A stretch of DNA of 64,000 nt from assembly GCA_963716935.1 (NCBI GenBank), contig CAVQUN010000002.1, positions 1,733 through 65,732 of the forward strand, given 5' to 3'. The position numbers were made by a program, and so were the translations under genes. The notes below the pieces were generated by a model. That model did not search any database. It saw only the letters and a list, made by a program, of their open reading frames with translations, and was not told the origin of the DNA. This DNA comes from an uncultured Actinomycetes bacterium. GTDB lineage: Bacteria; Actinomycetota; UBA4738; HRBIN12. This document shows positions 47,518-57,177 of this stretch, piece after piece (the first letter of the stretch is position 1; each line of letters opens with the position of its first letter).

Positions 47518-48474
47518 ATGAGGAGCTTCGCGGGACGCGACATCCTCTCGCTCAAGGAGTTCGAGCGGGAGGAGTTCTTCCACATCTTCGAGGTCTGCGA
47601 CCGGATGGCGCCGATCGCCAAGGAGCGGCGGAACGCCGACCTGCTGAAGGACAAGACCCTACTTACGGCCTTCTATCAGCCGAGCACGCGGACGCGCCTG
47701 GCAACGGAGGCGGCGATGCATCGCCTCGGTGGCCACGTGCTCGGCTTCTCGGACGCGAAGATGACGCGCGCGGGCGACTTCTACCAGGAGTCGATCAAGG
47801 ACACGGTCCACATGCTCGAGTTCTACGCCGACGTCATCGCGATGCGCCACTTCCAGCAGGGCGCACCCGAGGAGGCCGCGCGGTGGGCGTCGATCCCGGT
47901 CATCAACTGCGGCGACGGCTGGGGCGAGCATCCGACGCAGGTCCTCACGGACCTGTACACGACCTGGAAGGAGAAGGGCACGCTCGACGGGCTCAACTTC
48001 CTGCTGGTCGGCGACATGCGGATGCGGACGATGCACTCGATCCTGTACGCGTTCAGCCAGTTCGACATCGTGTCCTACGTCGTCGGTCCGCCGGAGATGA
48101 CGCTCCTCCCGGAGTTCAGGGCGGAGCTCGATGAGCGGAACGTGCGGTACCAGGAGGCGGAGTCGGTCGAGAAGGTCATCGCCGAGTGCGACGTGATCTA
48201 CATGGAGCCCGTCGTGCAAGCCGACTACACGAAGGGACGGGACGAGCGCGGCGAGGCGGCCCTGCCGACGACGCCGCCCGAGTACCGGGTGACGCGCGAG
48301 CTCCTGCGCGACAAGGCGAAGAGCGACGCCATCATCCTGCACTCGTTGCCGCGGATGGACGAGCTCCCGGTCGACGTCGATTCGACGCGGCACGCCCGGT
48401 ACTGGACGGAGGCGTTCAACGGCGTCGTGATGCGGATGGCGCTGCTGTCGCTCGTCCTCGGGGCCGTCGAGTAG
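47518..48474 (+). CDS. Aspartate/ornithine carbamoyltransferase family protein (atypical: HSLP instead of HCLP)
   Basis: RBS GAGGAGG. STRTRLATE, HPTQVLTDL, ILHSLP. Confidence 0.8.
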   Translation: MRSFAGRDILSLKEFEREEFFHIFEVCDRMAPIAKERRNADLLKDKTLLTAFYQPSTRTRLATEAAMHRLGGHVLGFSDAKMTRAGDFYQESIKDTVHMLEFYADVIAMRHFQQGAPEEAARWASIPVINCGDGWGEHPTQVLTDLYTTWKEKGTLDGLNFLLVGDMRMRTMHSILYAFSQFDIVSYVVGPPEMTLLPEFRAELDERNVRYQEAESVEKVIAECDVIYMEPVVQADYTKGRDERGEAALPTTPPEYRVTRELLRDKAKSDAIILHSLPRMDELPVDVDSTRHARYWTEAFNGVVMRMALLSLVLGAVE

Positions 48475-48485
48475 ACGCGACGGCG

Positions 48486-49442
48486 ATGATCGTGAAGACG
48501 GCGGTGGTCGCGATTGGTGGGAACTCGCTCATCAAGGACACGCTGCACCAGAGCGTGCGCGATCAGTACATCGCCGCCGGCGAGACGTGCTGGCACATCG
48601 CCTCGATGATCCGCGATGGCTGGAACGTGGCGATCACGCACGGCAACGGCCCGCAGGTCGGGTTCATCCTGCGCCGCTCGGAGATCGCGGCCCACGAGCT
48701 CCATGAGGTGCCGCTGGATGTGTGCGGGGCCGACACGCAGGGGGCGATCGGGTACGCGCTCCAGCAGAACCTCCACAATGACTTCGTCCGACTCGGCATG
48801 AACAAGCGGGCCGTGACGGTGATCACCCAGACGGAGGTGTCCGCAGACGACCCGGCCTTCCAGCACCCGAGCAAGCCCATCGGCTCCTACATGGACGCGG
48901 CGCAGGCCGAACGCCGCCGGGAGCAGGACGCCTGGAGTGTCACGGAGGACGCTGGTCGCGGGTGGCGACGGGTGGTTCCGTCCCCCGAGCCCGTGCGGAT
49001 CGTGGAGGAGGACGTCATCAGGAGCCTACTGGACGAAGGGGTCGTGGCGATCGCGGTCGGTGGCGGCGGGATTCCCGTCGTCGCCGACGGCGATGGGAAC
49101 CTCCGAGGCGTCGCCGCCGTGATCGACAAGGACCTCGCATCCTCGCTGCTCGCCTCGTCGCTCGGAGCGGAGCTGTTCCTGATCAGCACCTCGGTCGAGA
49201 AGGTCGCGCTCCGCTTCGGCACGCCGGAGCAGGAGTGGGTCGACCGGCTCACCACGTCGGAGGCCCGGGGATACCTGGAGGAGGGGGGGCACTTCGCGGC
49301 GGGCAGCATGGCTCCGAAGATCCGCGCGGCGCTCGCGTTCGCTGAGGCCACCGGCGGTACCGCCCTCATCACGAACCCCGAGAACGTCGAACGTGCTCTA
49401 GCGGGCGAGACCGGCACGCGGATCTCGGGCGGCGAGGGATGA
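48486..49442 (+). CDS. arcC: Carbamate kinase
   Basis: MIVKTAVVAIGGNSL..., ITHGNGPQVG, VAIAVGGGGIPV - amino-acid-kinase family. Confidence 0.85.
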   Translation: MIVKTAVVAIGGNSLIKDTLHQSVRDQYIAAGETCWHIASMIRDGWNVAITHGNGPQVGFILRRSEIAAHELHEVPLDVCGADTQGAIGYALQQNLHNDFVRLGMNKRAVTVITQTEVSADDPAFQHPSKPIGSYMDAAQAERRREQDAWSVTEDAGRGWRRVVPSPEPVRIVEEDVIRSLLDEGVVAIAVGGGGIPVVADGDGNLRGVAAVIDKDLASSLLASSLGAELFLISTSVEKVALRFGTPEQEWVDRLTTSEARGYLEEGGHFAAGSMAPKIRAALAFAEATGGTALITNPENVERALAGETGTRISGGEG

Positions 49443-49491
49443 TGCCGACCGTGCAGGCGCGTCGACGCACCGAGCAGGGGGTGAGACCCTC

Positions 49492-52101
49492 GTGGACCTC
49501 ACGCTGAACGGGCGGGCGGTCTCGGTCGCCACGCGACCGGGGATGAGCCTGCTCGAGCTCCTGCGCGAGGAGCTCGGCGCCATCTCCGTGAAGGACGGCT
49601 GCGCGCCCGAGGGATCGTGCGGCGCCTGCACGGTGCTCGTCGACGGCCGCGCCGTCGTCTCCTGCGCCCAGAAGGCCGAGCACGTCGAGGGGCGGAGCGT
49701 GATCACGCAGGAAGGGCTCGAGCCCGCCGAGCGCGAGCGCTGGGCCGATGCCTTCGTCGTCGCCGGCGCCTCGCAGTGCGGGTTCTGCTCGCCCGGGATC
49801 CTGATGAAGGCCGAGGCGCTGCTCGGCAAGAACGAGGCGCCCACACGCGAGGAGATCGGCAAGGCGCTCGCCGGCAACCTGTGCCGGTGCACCGGCTATC
49901 TCAAGATCGTCGACGCCGTCGAGCTGGTCGCGCGCTCGCGCCTCGGCGAGCCGATGCCCGAGCCCGACCGTTCGGGGCGGATCGGCTCGCGGACGGCGCG
50001 GTACGAGGGGCGGGAGCTCGCGCTCGGCGACAAGCCGTACATCAACGACCTGACGGCACCCGGCATGCTGCACGGGGCGCTGCGGTTCAGCGGCCACCCG
50101 CGCGCGCGGCTGGTGCGGATCGATCCGGAGCCGGCGCGAGCCCACCCCGGCGTCGTGGCCGTGCTGCTCGCAGCCGACGTGACGGGGGAGCGCTCGCAGG
50201 GGCTGATCACGCCCGACTGGCCGCAGGTCGTGGCGGAGGGCGAGATCACGCGCTACGTGGGCGACGTCCTCGCGATCGTCGTCGCCGAGACCCGCCACGC
50301 GGCGCGAGAGGCCGCCACGCTCGTCGAGGTCGAGGTCGAGGTGCTCGAGCCGGTCACGGACCCGTTCGCCGCGATGGCGCCGGAGGCGCCGGCGCTGCAT
50401 CCGGGCGGCAACGTCCTGTCGACCTCGATCGTGAAGCGCGGCGACGTCGACGCGGCGCTCGAGGGCTCGTCGCACGTGCTGACCGAGACCTTCCGGACGC
50501 AGGTCATCGAGCACGCGTTCCTGGAGCCCGAGTCGGCGTTCGCGGTGCCCGAAACGGACGGGACGGTCCACGTCTCCTCACAGGGACAGGGCGTGTGGGA
50601 GGACCGCCGCCAGGTCGCGTCGTTCCTCGGATGGCCCGAGGAGCGGGTGCGCGTGACCCAGGTCTCCAACGGCGGCGCGTTCGGCGCGAAGGAGGATCTC
50701 AACGTCCAGTGCCACGCCGCGCTCGCGGCGGTCGCCACCGGCCGACCCGTGCTGCTCACGCTCTCGCGGGCCGAGAGCCTCGCGTTCCACCCCAAGCGCC
50801 ACCCGCTCACGATGACCTACACGGTGGGCAGCGACGCCGAGGGCCGGCTCACCGGCGTTCGTGCGCGGATCATCGGCGACACCGGCGCATACGCGAGCGT
50901 CGGCGACAAGGTCCTCGAACGCGCGGCGGGCCACGCGTGCGGGCCGTACCGATTCGAGGCCGTCGACGTCGAGTCCACGGCCGTCTACACCAACAACCCG
51001 CCGAACGGCGCGATGCGCGGCTTCGGCGTGAACCAGGTCGCGTTCGCGATCGACGGGATGCTCGACCGTCTGGCCGAGCTCGTCGGCATCGACCCGTGGG
51101 AGATCCGGTGGCGCAACGCTCTCGAGGTCGGCGACCGGTTCGGCACCGGCCAGATCCTCGGCGAGGGGGTCGGGATCAAGGCGTGCCTCGAGGCCGTCCG
51201 GGACGCCTACCGCGGCAGCCGCTACGCCGGCATCGGGTGCGGGGTCAAGAACACGGGCATCGGCAACGGGCTGAAGGAGCTCGGCCGCGCGATCCTTCGA
51301 CCCGAGGCCGACGGCACCGTCACGCTGTTCCACTCGTGGACCGAGATGGGCCAGGGCGTGAACACCGTCCTCATGCAGATCGTGTGCGAGGAGCTCGGGC
51401 TCACGGCCGATCGGGTGCACGTCATCGTCGACACCATGCGCGAGCTCGACACCGGCCAGACGACCGCCTCGCGCTCCACGGTGCTCGGCGGGCGGGCGAT
51501 CCAGGAGGCCGCGAAGAAGGTCCGGGCCGAGCTGAACGGCGGCCGGCTCGAGGACCTTGCGGGGCGCGAGTTCTCGGGTGAGGTGGTCGTCGACTGGACG
51601 CACAAGCCCGGGACCCCGGGCGTCGAGAACCCGGTGACGCACTTCGCCTACGCGTGGGCGGTTCAGGTCGTCGTCCTGGACGACGAGGGGCGGGTGGACA
51701 AGGTGATCGCGGCGCACGACGTGGGGAAGGCGCTGAACCCCACGCTCGTCGAGGGGCAGGTCGAGGGCGGCGTCCACATGGGCCTCGGGTTCGGCCTGAC
51801 CGAGGACTTCCCTCTGGAGGGCGGCGTTCCCACGAGCACCACGCTGAAGTCGCTCGGCATCATCCCGGCGCCGCGGATGCCCGACGTCGAGACCATCATC
51901 GTCGAGGTGCCGCAACCGGAGGGCCCGTACGGCGCGAAGGGCGCCGGCGAGATCGGGCTCGTCCCGACCGCGGCGGCCTGCGCGGGTGCCCTTCGAGCGT
52001 TCGACGGACGGTGGCGCACCCAGCTGCCGATGCGGGACTCGGCCGCCGCCGCCGCCCTCGTGCCGAGGCTGACCTCCGCCCGCCGCGCGGAGGCCGAGTG
52101 A
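49492..52101 (+). CDS. Fused [2Fe-2S]-binding + molybdopterin-binding xanthine dehydrogenase-family protein (XdhD-like)
   Basis: N-terminal CGACTVLVDG...QCGFCSPG...CRCTGY. C-terminal aldehyde oxidase/XDH MoCo domain (GAFGAKE, NNPPNGAMRGFG). Confidence 0.85.
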   Translation: MDLTLNGRAVSVATRPGMSLLELLREELGAISVKDGCAPEGSCGACTVLVDGRAVVSCAQKAEHVEGRSVITQEGLEPAERERWADAFVVAGASQCGFCSPGILMKAEALLGKNEAPTREEIGKALAGNLCRCTGYLKIVDAVELVARSRLGEPMPEPDRSGRIGSRTARYEGRELALGDKPYINDLTAPGMLHGALRFSGHPRARLVRIDPEPARAHPGVVAVLLAADVTGERSQGLITPDWPQVVAEGEITRYVGDVLAIVVAETRHAAREAATLVEVEVEVLEPVTDPFAAMAPEAPALHPGGNVLSTSIVKRGDVDAALEGSSHVLTETFRTQVIEHAFLEPESAFAVPETDGTVHVSSQGQGVWEDRRQVASFLGWPEERVRVTQVSNGGAFGAKEDLNVQCHAALAAVATGRPVLLTLSRAESLAFHPKRHPLTMTYTVGSDAEGRLTGVRARIIGDTGAYASVGDKVLERAAGHACGPYRFEAVDVESTAVYTNNPPNGAMRGFGVNQVAFAIDGMLDRLAELVGIDPWEIRWRNALEVGDRFGTGQILGEGVGIKACLEAVRDAYRGSRYAGIGCGVKNTGIGNGLKELGRAILRPEADGTVTLFHSWTEMGQGVNTVLMQIVCEELGLTADRVHVIVDTMRELDTGQTTASRSTVLGGRAIQEAAKKVRAELNGGRLEDLAGREFSGEVVVDWTHKPGTPGVENPVTHFAYAWAVQVVVLDDEGRVDKVIAAHDVGKALNPTLVEGQVEGGVHMGLGFGLTEDFPLEGGVPTSTTLKSLGIIPAPRMPDVETIIVEVPQPEGPYGAKGAGEIGLVPTAAACAGALRAFDGRWRTQLPMRDSAAAAALVPRLTSARRAEAE

Positions 52102-53450
52102 GCCTCGTACTTTCCGGCGGCACGGTCGTGACCTCGCTCGACCCGCCGGTCCTTCGAGCGATCGACGTGACGGTGGTGAACGGCCGGGTCGCGGCCGGCG
52201 ACGACCGATCCGTCTCGCCGGGCGCCGAGAGGATCGACTGCACCGGCTGCCTGGTCGTCCCGGGGAACGTCTGCGCGCACCACCACCTCTACTCGTCGCT
52301 CGCTCGAGGGATGCCGTACCGGCTCGAACCGCCGGGGAACTTCGTCGAGACGCTTCAGCGCGTCTGGTGGCGCCTGGATCGAGCGCTCGATCCCGGCTCC
52401 ATCCAGGCGTCGGCCTGGTCGGGCGGCGCGGACGCGGTGCTCGCGGGAACGACGACCATCGTCGACCATCACGCTTCGCCGACCGCGATCGACGGATCGC
52501 TCGACGAGGTCGAGCGCGGTTTGAGCCGGGTGGGAGCGCGACGGATCCTGTGCTACGAGGTGACCGATCGCGATGGGCTCGAGGCGGCGGCCGCCGGGCT
52601 CGAGGAGACCCGCCGGCGCCTCAAGGAGGATCGACGCCACGGCGGCAACGCCGATCGCCTGCACCGGACGATGGTGGGGGCCCACGCATCGTTCACGCTG
52701 TCCGACGACACGCTCGATGCCTGCGTCTCGCTCGCGAACGAGTTCGACGTCGGGATCCACATCCACGTGGCCGAGGACGAGGCCGACGAGCGGGATGCGC
52801 ACGCGCGGTTCGGGCGCCGCGTCGTCGAGCGCCTGGCCGAGGCCGGCGCGCTCACCGATCGCTCGCTCCTCGCGCACTGCGTGCACGTCGACGATCGCGA
52901 GATCGATCTGCTCCGCGACCACGGTGCGTGGATCGCGCACAACCCGCGCTCGAACATGAACAATCGCGTCGGGCGGGCTCCCGCCGTCCGACTGGGTGAG
53001 CGCGTCGCGCTCGGGACCGACGGGATCGACGGGGACCTGTTCGCGGAGTCCAAGGCCGCCTACTGGCGCGGGCGCGAGGACGATCCCTCCATCTCGCCGT
53101 CGTGGGTCATCGGACGGCTGGCGGCGGGCGCGGCGTTCGCCGCGCGCGCGTTCGACGAGCCGCTGCTCGGGCGCGTCGAGCCCGGAGCGCCCGCGGATCT
53201 CCTGGTACTCGACTATGACCCGCCGACGCCGCTGTCGGCCGACAACCTCGCGGGGCACTGGATATTCGGGCTGTCGGCGCGCGACGTTCGCGACGTGGTC
53301 ATCGACGGCTCGATCGTCGTTCGCGACCGGCGGCTCGTCCGCGAGGGCGAGGGGGAGCCCCGCGCGCATACCCAAGCGGCCGCCGAGCGCTTGTGGGAGC
53401 GGATGGATCGCATCCCCGCCCACCCGTTCGCGCCGGCGGGGAGCGAGTGA
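52098..53450 (+). CDS. Amidohydrolase (SsnA / chlorohydrolase / aminohydrolase family)
   Basis: GTGA overlap. CAHHHLYSS metal-binding HxH. HVAED, ALGTDG. Confidence 0.75.
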   Translation: MSLVLSGGTVVTSLDPPVLRAIDVTVVNGRVAAGDDRSVSPGAERIDCTGCLVVPGNVCAHHHLYSSLARGMPYRLEPPGNFVETLQRVWWRLDRALDPGSIQASAWSGGADAVLAGTTTIVDHHASPTAIDGSLDEVERGLSRVGARRILCYEVTDRDGLEAAAAGLEETRRRLKEDRRHGGNADRLHRTMVGAHASFTLSDDTLDACVSLANEFDVGIHIHVAEDEADERDAHARFGRRVVERLAEAGALTDRSLLAHCVHVDDREIDLLRDHGAWIAHNPRSNMNNRVGRAPAVRLGERVALGTDGIDGDLFAESKAAYWRGREDDPSISPSWVIGRLAAGAAFAARAFDEPLLGRVEPGAPADLLVLDYDPPTPLSADNLAGHWIFGLSARDVRDVVIDGSIVVRDRRLVREGEGEPRAHTQAAAERLWERMDRIPAHPFAPAGSE

Positions 53451-53451
53451 C

Positions 53452-54468
53452 GTGCCGGTGGGCTCCGAGGGGCGCGTCGCGCTGTACCTGCAGGACAAGC
53501 ACCCGATCCGTGACGGCATCCGGTACGCGCAGCGGGCCGAGGAGCGCGGCTTCGAGGCCGTCTGGCAGGCAGAGAGCCGACTGGTCCGCGAGGCGACCGT
53601 GCCGATGGCGGCCTTCGCGGCCACCACCGAGCGGATCAAGGTCGGCTCGGGCGTCGTGAACTGCTGGACGCGCAACGTCGGCCTGATGGCGGCGACCTTC
53701 GTGACGCTGGACGATCTCGCCCCCGGCAGGATGCTGCTCGGGATCGGGGCGTGGTGGGAGCCGCTCGCGACCAAGGTGGGCGTTCGGCGCGAGCGACCGC
53801 TCCGCGCGATGCGCGAGTACGTCCAGGTGGTCCGCCGGCTCATCGCGATGGAGAACGTGACCTTCCACGGCGAGTTCGTGGACGTCGACGACATCGAGAT
53901 CGACATCGTGCACGGGGATCGTTCGCCGCGACCGATCCCGATCTACCTCGGCGCCACCGGCATGCAGATGATGGAGCTCGCCGGCGAGATCGCCGACGGC
54001 GCTCTCCTGAACTACCTTGTGAGCCCCGAGTACAACGCGACGGCGATGGAGCACCTCGCGCAGGGGGCGGCGAGGGCCGGGCGCAGCGTCGACGACATCG
54101 ACCGGCCGCAGCTCGTGGTGTGCTCGCTCGACCGAGATCGCTCGCTCGCGCTCGATCGCGCCCGCGAGCTCGTGACCCAGTACCTGGGGCAGCAGCCGCA
54201 CATCGGGACGGCGAGCGGCGTCGACGCGTCGCTGCTCGAGGACATCGCGAAGGTGCTCACGTGGCCGGCCGGCCCGGAGGAGATCCGCACGGCCATGGCG
54301 CTCGTGCCCGACGAGGTCGTCCAGCTGCTCACCGCGTCCGGGACCGCCGACGAGTGCCGGGCCAAGGTGCGGGCGTACGTCGACGCCGGGTGCACGTGCC
54401 CGGTGCTGTACCCGCTCGGCGACGACGTCGAGGCCATGATCGACGCGTTCGCGGACGGGGTGATCTGA
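53452..54468 (+). CDS. LLM-class F420-dependent (luciferase-like) oxidoreductase
   Basis: GTG start 2 nt after the upstream stop. LLM TIM-barrel blocks; about 338 aa. Confidence 0.7.
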   Translation: MPVGSEGRVALYLQDKHPIRDGIRYAQRAEERGFEAVWQAESRLVREATVPMAAFAATTERIKVGSGVVNCWTRNVGLMAATFVTLDDLAPGRMLLGIGAWWEPLATKVGVRRERPLRAMREYVQVVRRLIAMENVTFHGEFVDVDDIEIDIVHGDRSPRPIPIYLGATGMQMMELAGEIADGALLNYLVSPEYNATAMEHLAQGAARAGRSVDDIDRPQLVVCSLDRDRSLALDRARELVTQYLGQQPHIGTASGVDASLLEDIAKVLTWPAGPEEIRTAMALVPDEVVQLLTASGTADECRAKVRAYVDAGCTCPVLYPLGDDVEAMIDAFADGVI

Positions 54469-55347
54469 ATGGACGTCCTGCTCCCCGGGTCGTTGGAGGA
54501 GGCGCTCGAGCTCCGCGCGGAGCACCCCGAGGCCGTCCCGATCGCGGGCGGCACCGACCTCATGGTGGCGATCAACTTCGACAAGCTGCGCCCCGATGCG
54601 ATCCTCGACGTCTCTCGGATCCCCGAGCTCCGCGAGTGGCGCGTCGAGGGCGACGCGGTCGTCGTCGGGGCCGGCGTCACGTTCACGAGGATCCTCGCCG
54701 AGCTCCCGCAGCTCCGAGCGCTCGCGCAGGCCTCCCGCGGCGTCGGTTCCCCGCAGATCCGCAACCGCGGGACGCTCGGCGGCAACCTCGGCACCGCCTC
54801 GCCGGCGGGCGACGCGCTGCCCGTCCTCGCGGCCCACGACGCGGAGATCGGGCTCGCGCGAGTCGGCGGGGAGCGATGGCTGTCGTGGGACGCGTTCCTC
54901 ACCGGGGTGAAGGAGAACGCCCTCGCGCCCGACGAGCTCATCCTGGGCGCGCGGTGGAGCCAGCTCGACGGGCCCGCGTCCTTCTCGAAGGTCGGCACCC
55001 GCAACGCGATGGTCATCTCGATCGCGATGCTCTGCTTCGCGCTCGACCCGGCGGTTCGCGGGGTCCGGGTGGCCCTCGGCTCCGTGGCGCCGACCGCCAT
55101 CCGGGCTCCCGATGCCGAGGCGTACCTCGCCGCCGAGCTCGAGCGGGCGGGCGCGTGGGACGACCTGAGCGCCACGATCTCGGCGACGGTCGCCGACGGG
55201 TTCGCGGAGCTGGTCGCCGAGGCGGCCCGCCCGATCGACGACGTCCGCGGGACGGCCGCGTATCGGCGCCATGCGCTTCGCGTGCTGGCGCGCCGCGCGC
55301 TCGGCTGGGCGATGAACGAGCGCGCCGAAGAGGCGATGGTCTCGTGA
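54469..55347 (+). CDS. Xanthine dehydrogenase family FAD-binding subunit (CoxM/XdhB-like)
   Basis: IAGGTDLMV, RNRGTLGGNL FAD-binding motifs. Confidence 0.85.
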   Translation: MDVLLPGSLEEALELRAEHPEAVPIAGGTDLMVAINFDKLRPDAILDVSRIPELREWRVEGDAVVVGAGVTFTRILAELPQLRALAQASRGVGSPQIRNRGTLGGNLGTASPAGDALPVLAAHDAEIGLARVGGERWLSWDAFLTGVKENALAPDELILGARWSQLDGPASFSKVGTRNAMVISIAMLCFALDPAVRGVRVALGSVAPTAIRAPDAEAYLAAELERAGAWDDLSATISATVADGFAELVAEAARPIDDVRGTAAYRRHALRVLARRALGWAMNERAEEAMVS

Positions 55348-55357
55348 GGACGCGCGG

Positions 55358-55828
55358 GTGCTGATCCGCGTCCACGTGAACGACGAGTGGCGCGAGGCGG
55401 ATGCGTGGGAGGGATCGAGCCTGCTCTCTTTCCTGCGCGACGAGCTCCAGCTCCCCGGCTCGAAGAACGCGTGCGAGCAGGGCGAGTGCGGCTCGTGCTC
55501 CGTCTGGCTCGACGGCGAGCTCGTCTGCGCGTGCCTCGTGCTGGCCGCGCAGGCGCACGAGCGCCAGGTGAGCACGATCGAGGGGCTGGCCGACGGCGAC
55601 CGCCTGCATCCGGTCCAAGCGGCGTTCGTCGAGGCCGGCGCCGTGCAGTGCGGCTTCTGCACGCCGGGGTTCGTCGTCGCCGTCGCCGATCTGCTCGAGC
55701 ACGACCCCGCCCCCGACGAGATCACCGTGCGCGAGGCGCTCTCGGGCAACCTGTGTCGCTGCACGGGCTACCAGAAGATCCTCGACGCCGTGCGCCTTGC
55801 GGCACAACGCCTTCGGGAGGCGCCGTGA
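55358..55828 (+). CDS. Xanthine dehydrogenase family [2Fe-2S] small subunit (CoxS-like)
   Basis: CEQGECGSCSV...QCGFCTPG...CRCTGY. Confidence 0.9.
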   Translation: MLIRVHVNDEWREADAWEGSSLLSFLRDELQLPGSKNACEQGECGSCSVWLDGELVCACLVLAAQAHERQVSTIEGLADGDRLHPVQAAFVEAGAVQCGFCTPGFVVAVADLLEHDPAPDEITVREALSGNLCRCTGYQKILDAVRLAAQRLREAP

Positions 55829-57177
55829 CGAGGCTCCTCGTGGAGTCGTGCGAGTTCGTCGTGGCGATGGACGACGCCGGGACCGAGCTCGCGGGCGCGT
55901 CCGTGCTCGTGGAGGACGGCGCGATCGTGTGGGTCGGATCGGGGGCGCCGCCGGAGGAGCCCGACGAGCGGCTCGACGGCCGAGGCACGATCGCGATCCC
56001 GGGCCTCGTGAACACGCACCACCACCTGTATCAGGCGCTCACCCGCGCCCGGGCGCGCGAGCAAGGCCTCTTCGGCTGGCTCACCGAGCTGTACCCGGTG
56101 TGGGAGGGGCTCGACGCCGAGTGGGAGCGCGCCGCGGCGCGGGTCGGCCTCGCGCAGCTCGCGCTCTCCGGATGCACGACGACGACGGATCATCACTACG
56201 TGCATCCGGCCGGCGCCGGCGATCTCCTGGAGGTCGAGATCGACGTCGCGCGCGAGCTCGGGATCCGGTTCCACCCGTGCCGGGGCTCGATGGACCTCGG
56301 CGAGTCCGACGGCGGCCTGCCGCCCGACTCGGTGGTGGAACGAACGGACGACGCGCTCGCGCGGTCGCGCGAGGCGGTGGAGCGCCATCACGACCCGGCC
56401 CCCGGCTCGATGCTCCGGATCGCGATCGCGCCCTGTTCGCCCTTCAGCGTGACCGAGCGGCTGATGCGCGAGAGCGCCGAGCTCGCGCGCGAGCTCGGCG
56501 TGGCGCTGCACACGCACCTCGCCGAGACGCTCGACGAGGAGCGGTTCTGCCTCGAGCGGTTCGGGCGCCGGCCGCTCGAGCTCATGGACGACTGGGGCTG
56601 GCTCGGCCCCGACGTGTGGTTCGCGCACGCGGTGCACCTGGACGAGAAGGACGTCCGGCGCATCGCCGACACCCGGACGGGCGTCGCGTCGTGCCCCTCC
56701 TCGAACCTGCGACTCGGGGCGGGGATCGCTCCGGTGCGCGCGCTCGTCGAGCACGGGGCGCGCGTCGGCCTCGGCGTCGACGGTCCGGCCTCGAACGAGG
56801 CGAGCGACCTGTTCGCCGAGATCCGCCAGGCGATGCTCGTCTCGCGGGCGGGAGGCCCCGAGGCGGGCCTGTCGGCCCGGGCGGCGCTCCGGATGGCGAC
56901 GCGCGGCGGGGCGGAGGTCCTCGGGCGCGCCGACGTCGGGACGATCTCGCCGGGCGCGCGCGCGGACCTCGCGCTGTTCGCGGTCGACGGCCTGGCGCAC
57001 GCGGGCGCCGAGGCCGATCCGGTGGCGGGGCTGCTCATGGGGAGCCCGCAGCGCGTGCGGCACCTCCTCGTCGAGGGCCGCTTCGTGGTGCGCGACGGTC
57101 GGCTCGCGACCGCCGACGAGGACGAGATCGCGCGCGAGGGTCATCGCGTGGGCCGTCGGATCGCGGAGACGCGATGA
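55825..57177 (+). CDS. Amidohydrolase (guanine / 8-oxoguanine deaminase-like)
   Basis: GTGA overlap. NTHHHLYQ, HTHLAE, GVDGPASN. Confidence 0.8.
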   Translation: MTRLLVESCEFVVAMDDAGTELAGASVLVEDGAIVWVGSGAPPEEPDERLDGRGTIAIPGLVNTHHHLYQALTRARAREQGLFGWLTELYPVWEGLDAEWERAAARVGLAQLALSGCTTTTDHHYVHPAGAGDLLEVEIDVARELGIRFHPCRGSMDLGESDGGLPPDSVVERTDDALARSREAVERHHDPAPGSMLRIAIAPCSPFSVTERLMRESAELARELGVALHTHLAETLDEERFCLERFGRRPLELMDDWGWLGPDVWFAHAVHLDEKDVRRIADTRTGVASCPSSNLRLGAGIAPVRALVEHGARVGLGVDGPASNEASDLFAEIRQAMLVSRAGGPEAGLSARAALRMATRGGAEVLGRADVGTISPGARADLALFAVDGLAHAGAEADPVAGLLMGSPQRVRHLLVEGRFVVRDGRLATADEDEIAREGHRVGRRIAETR

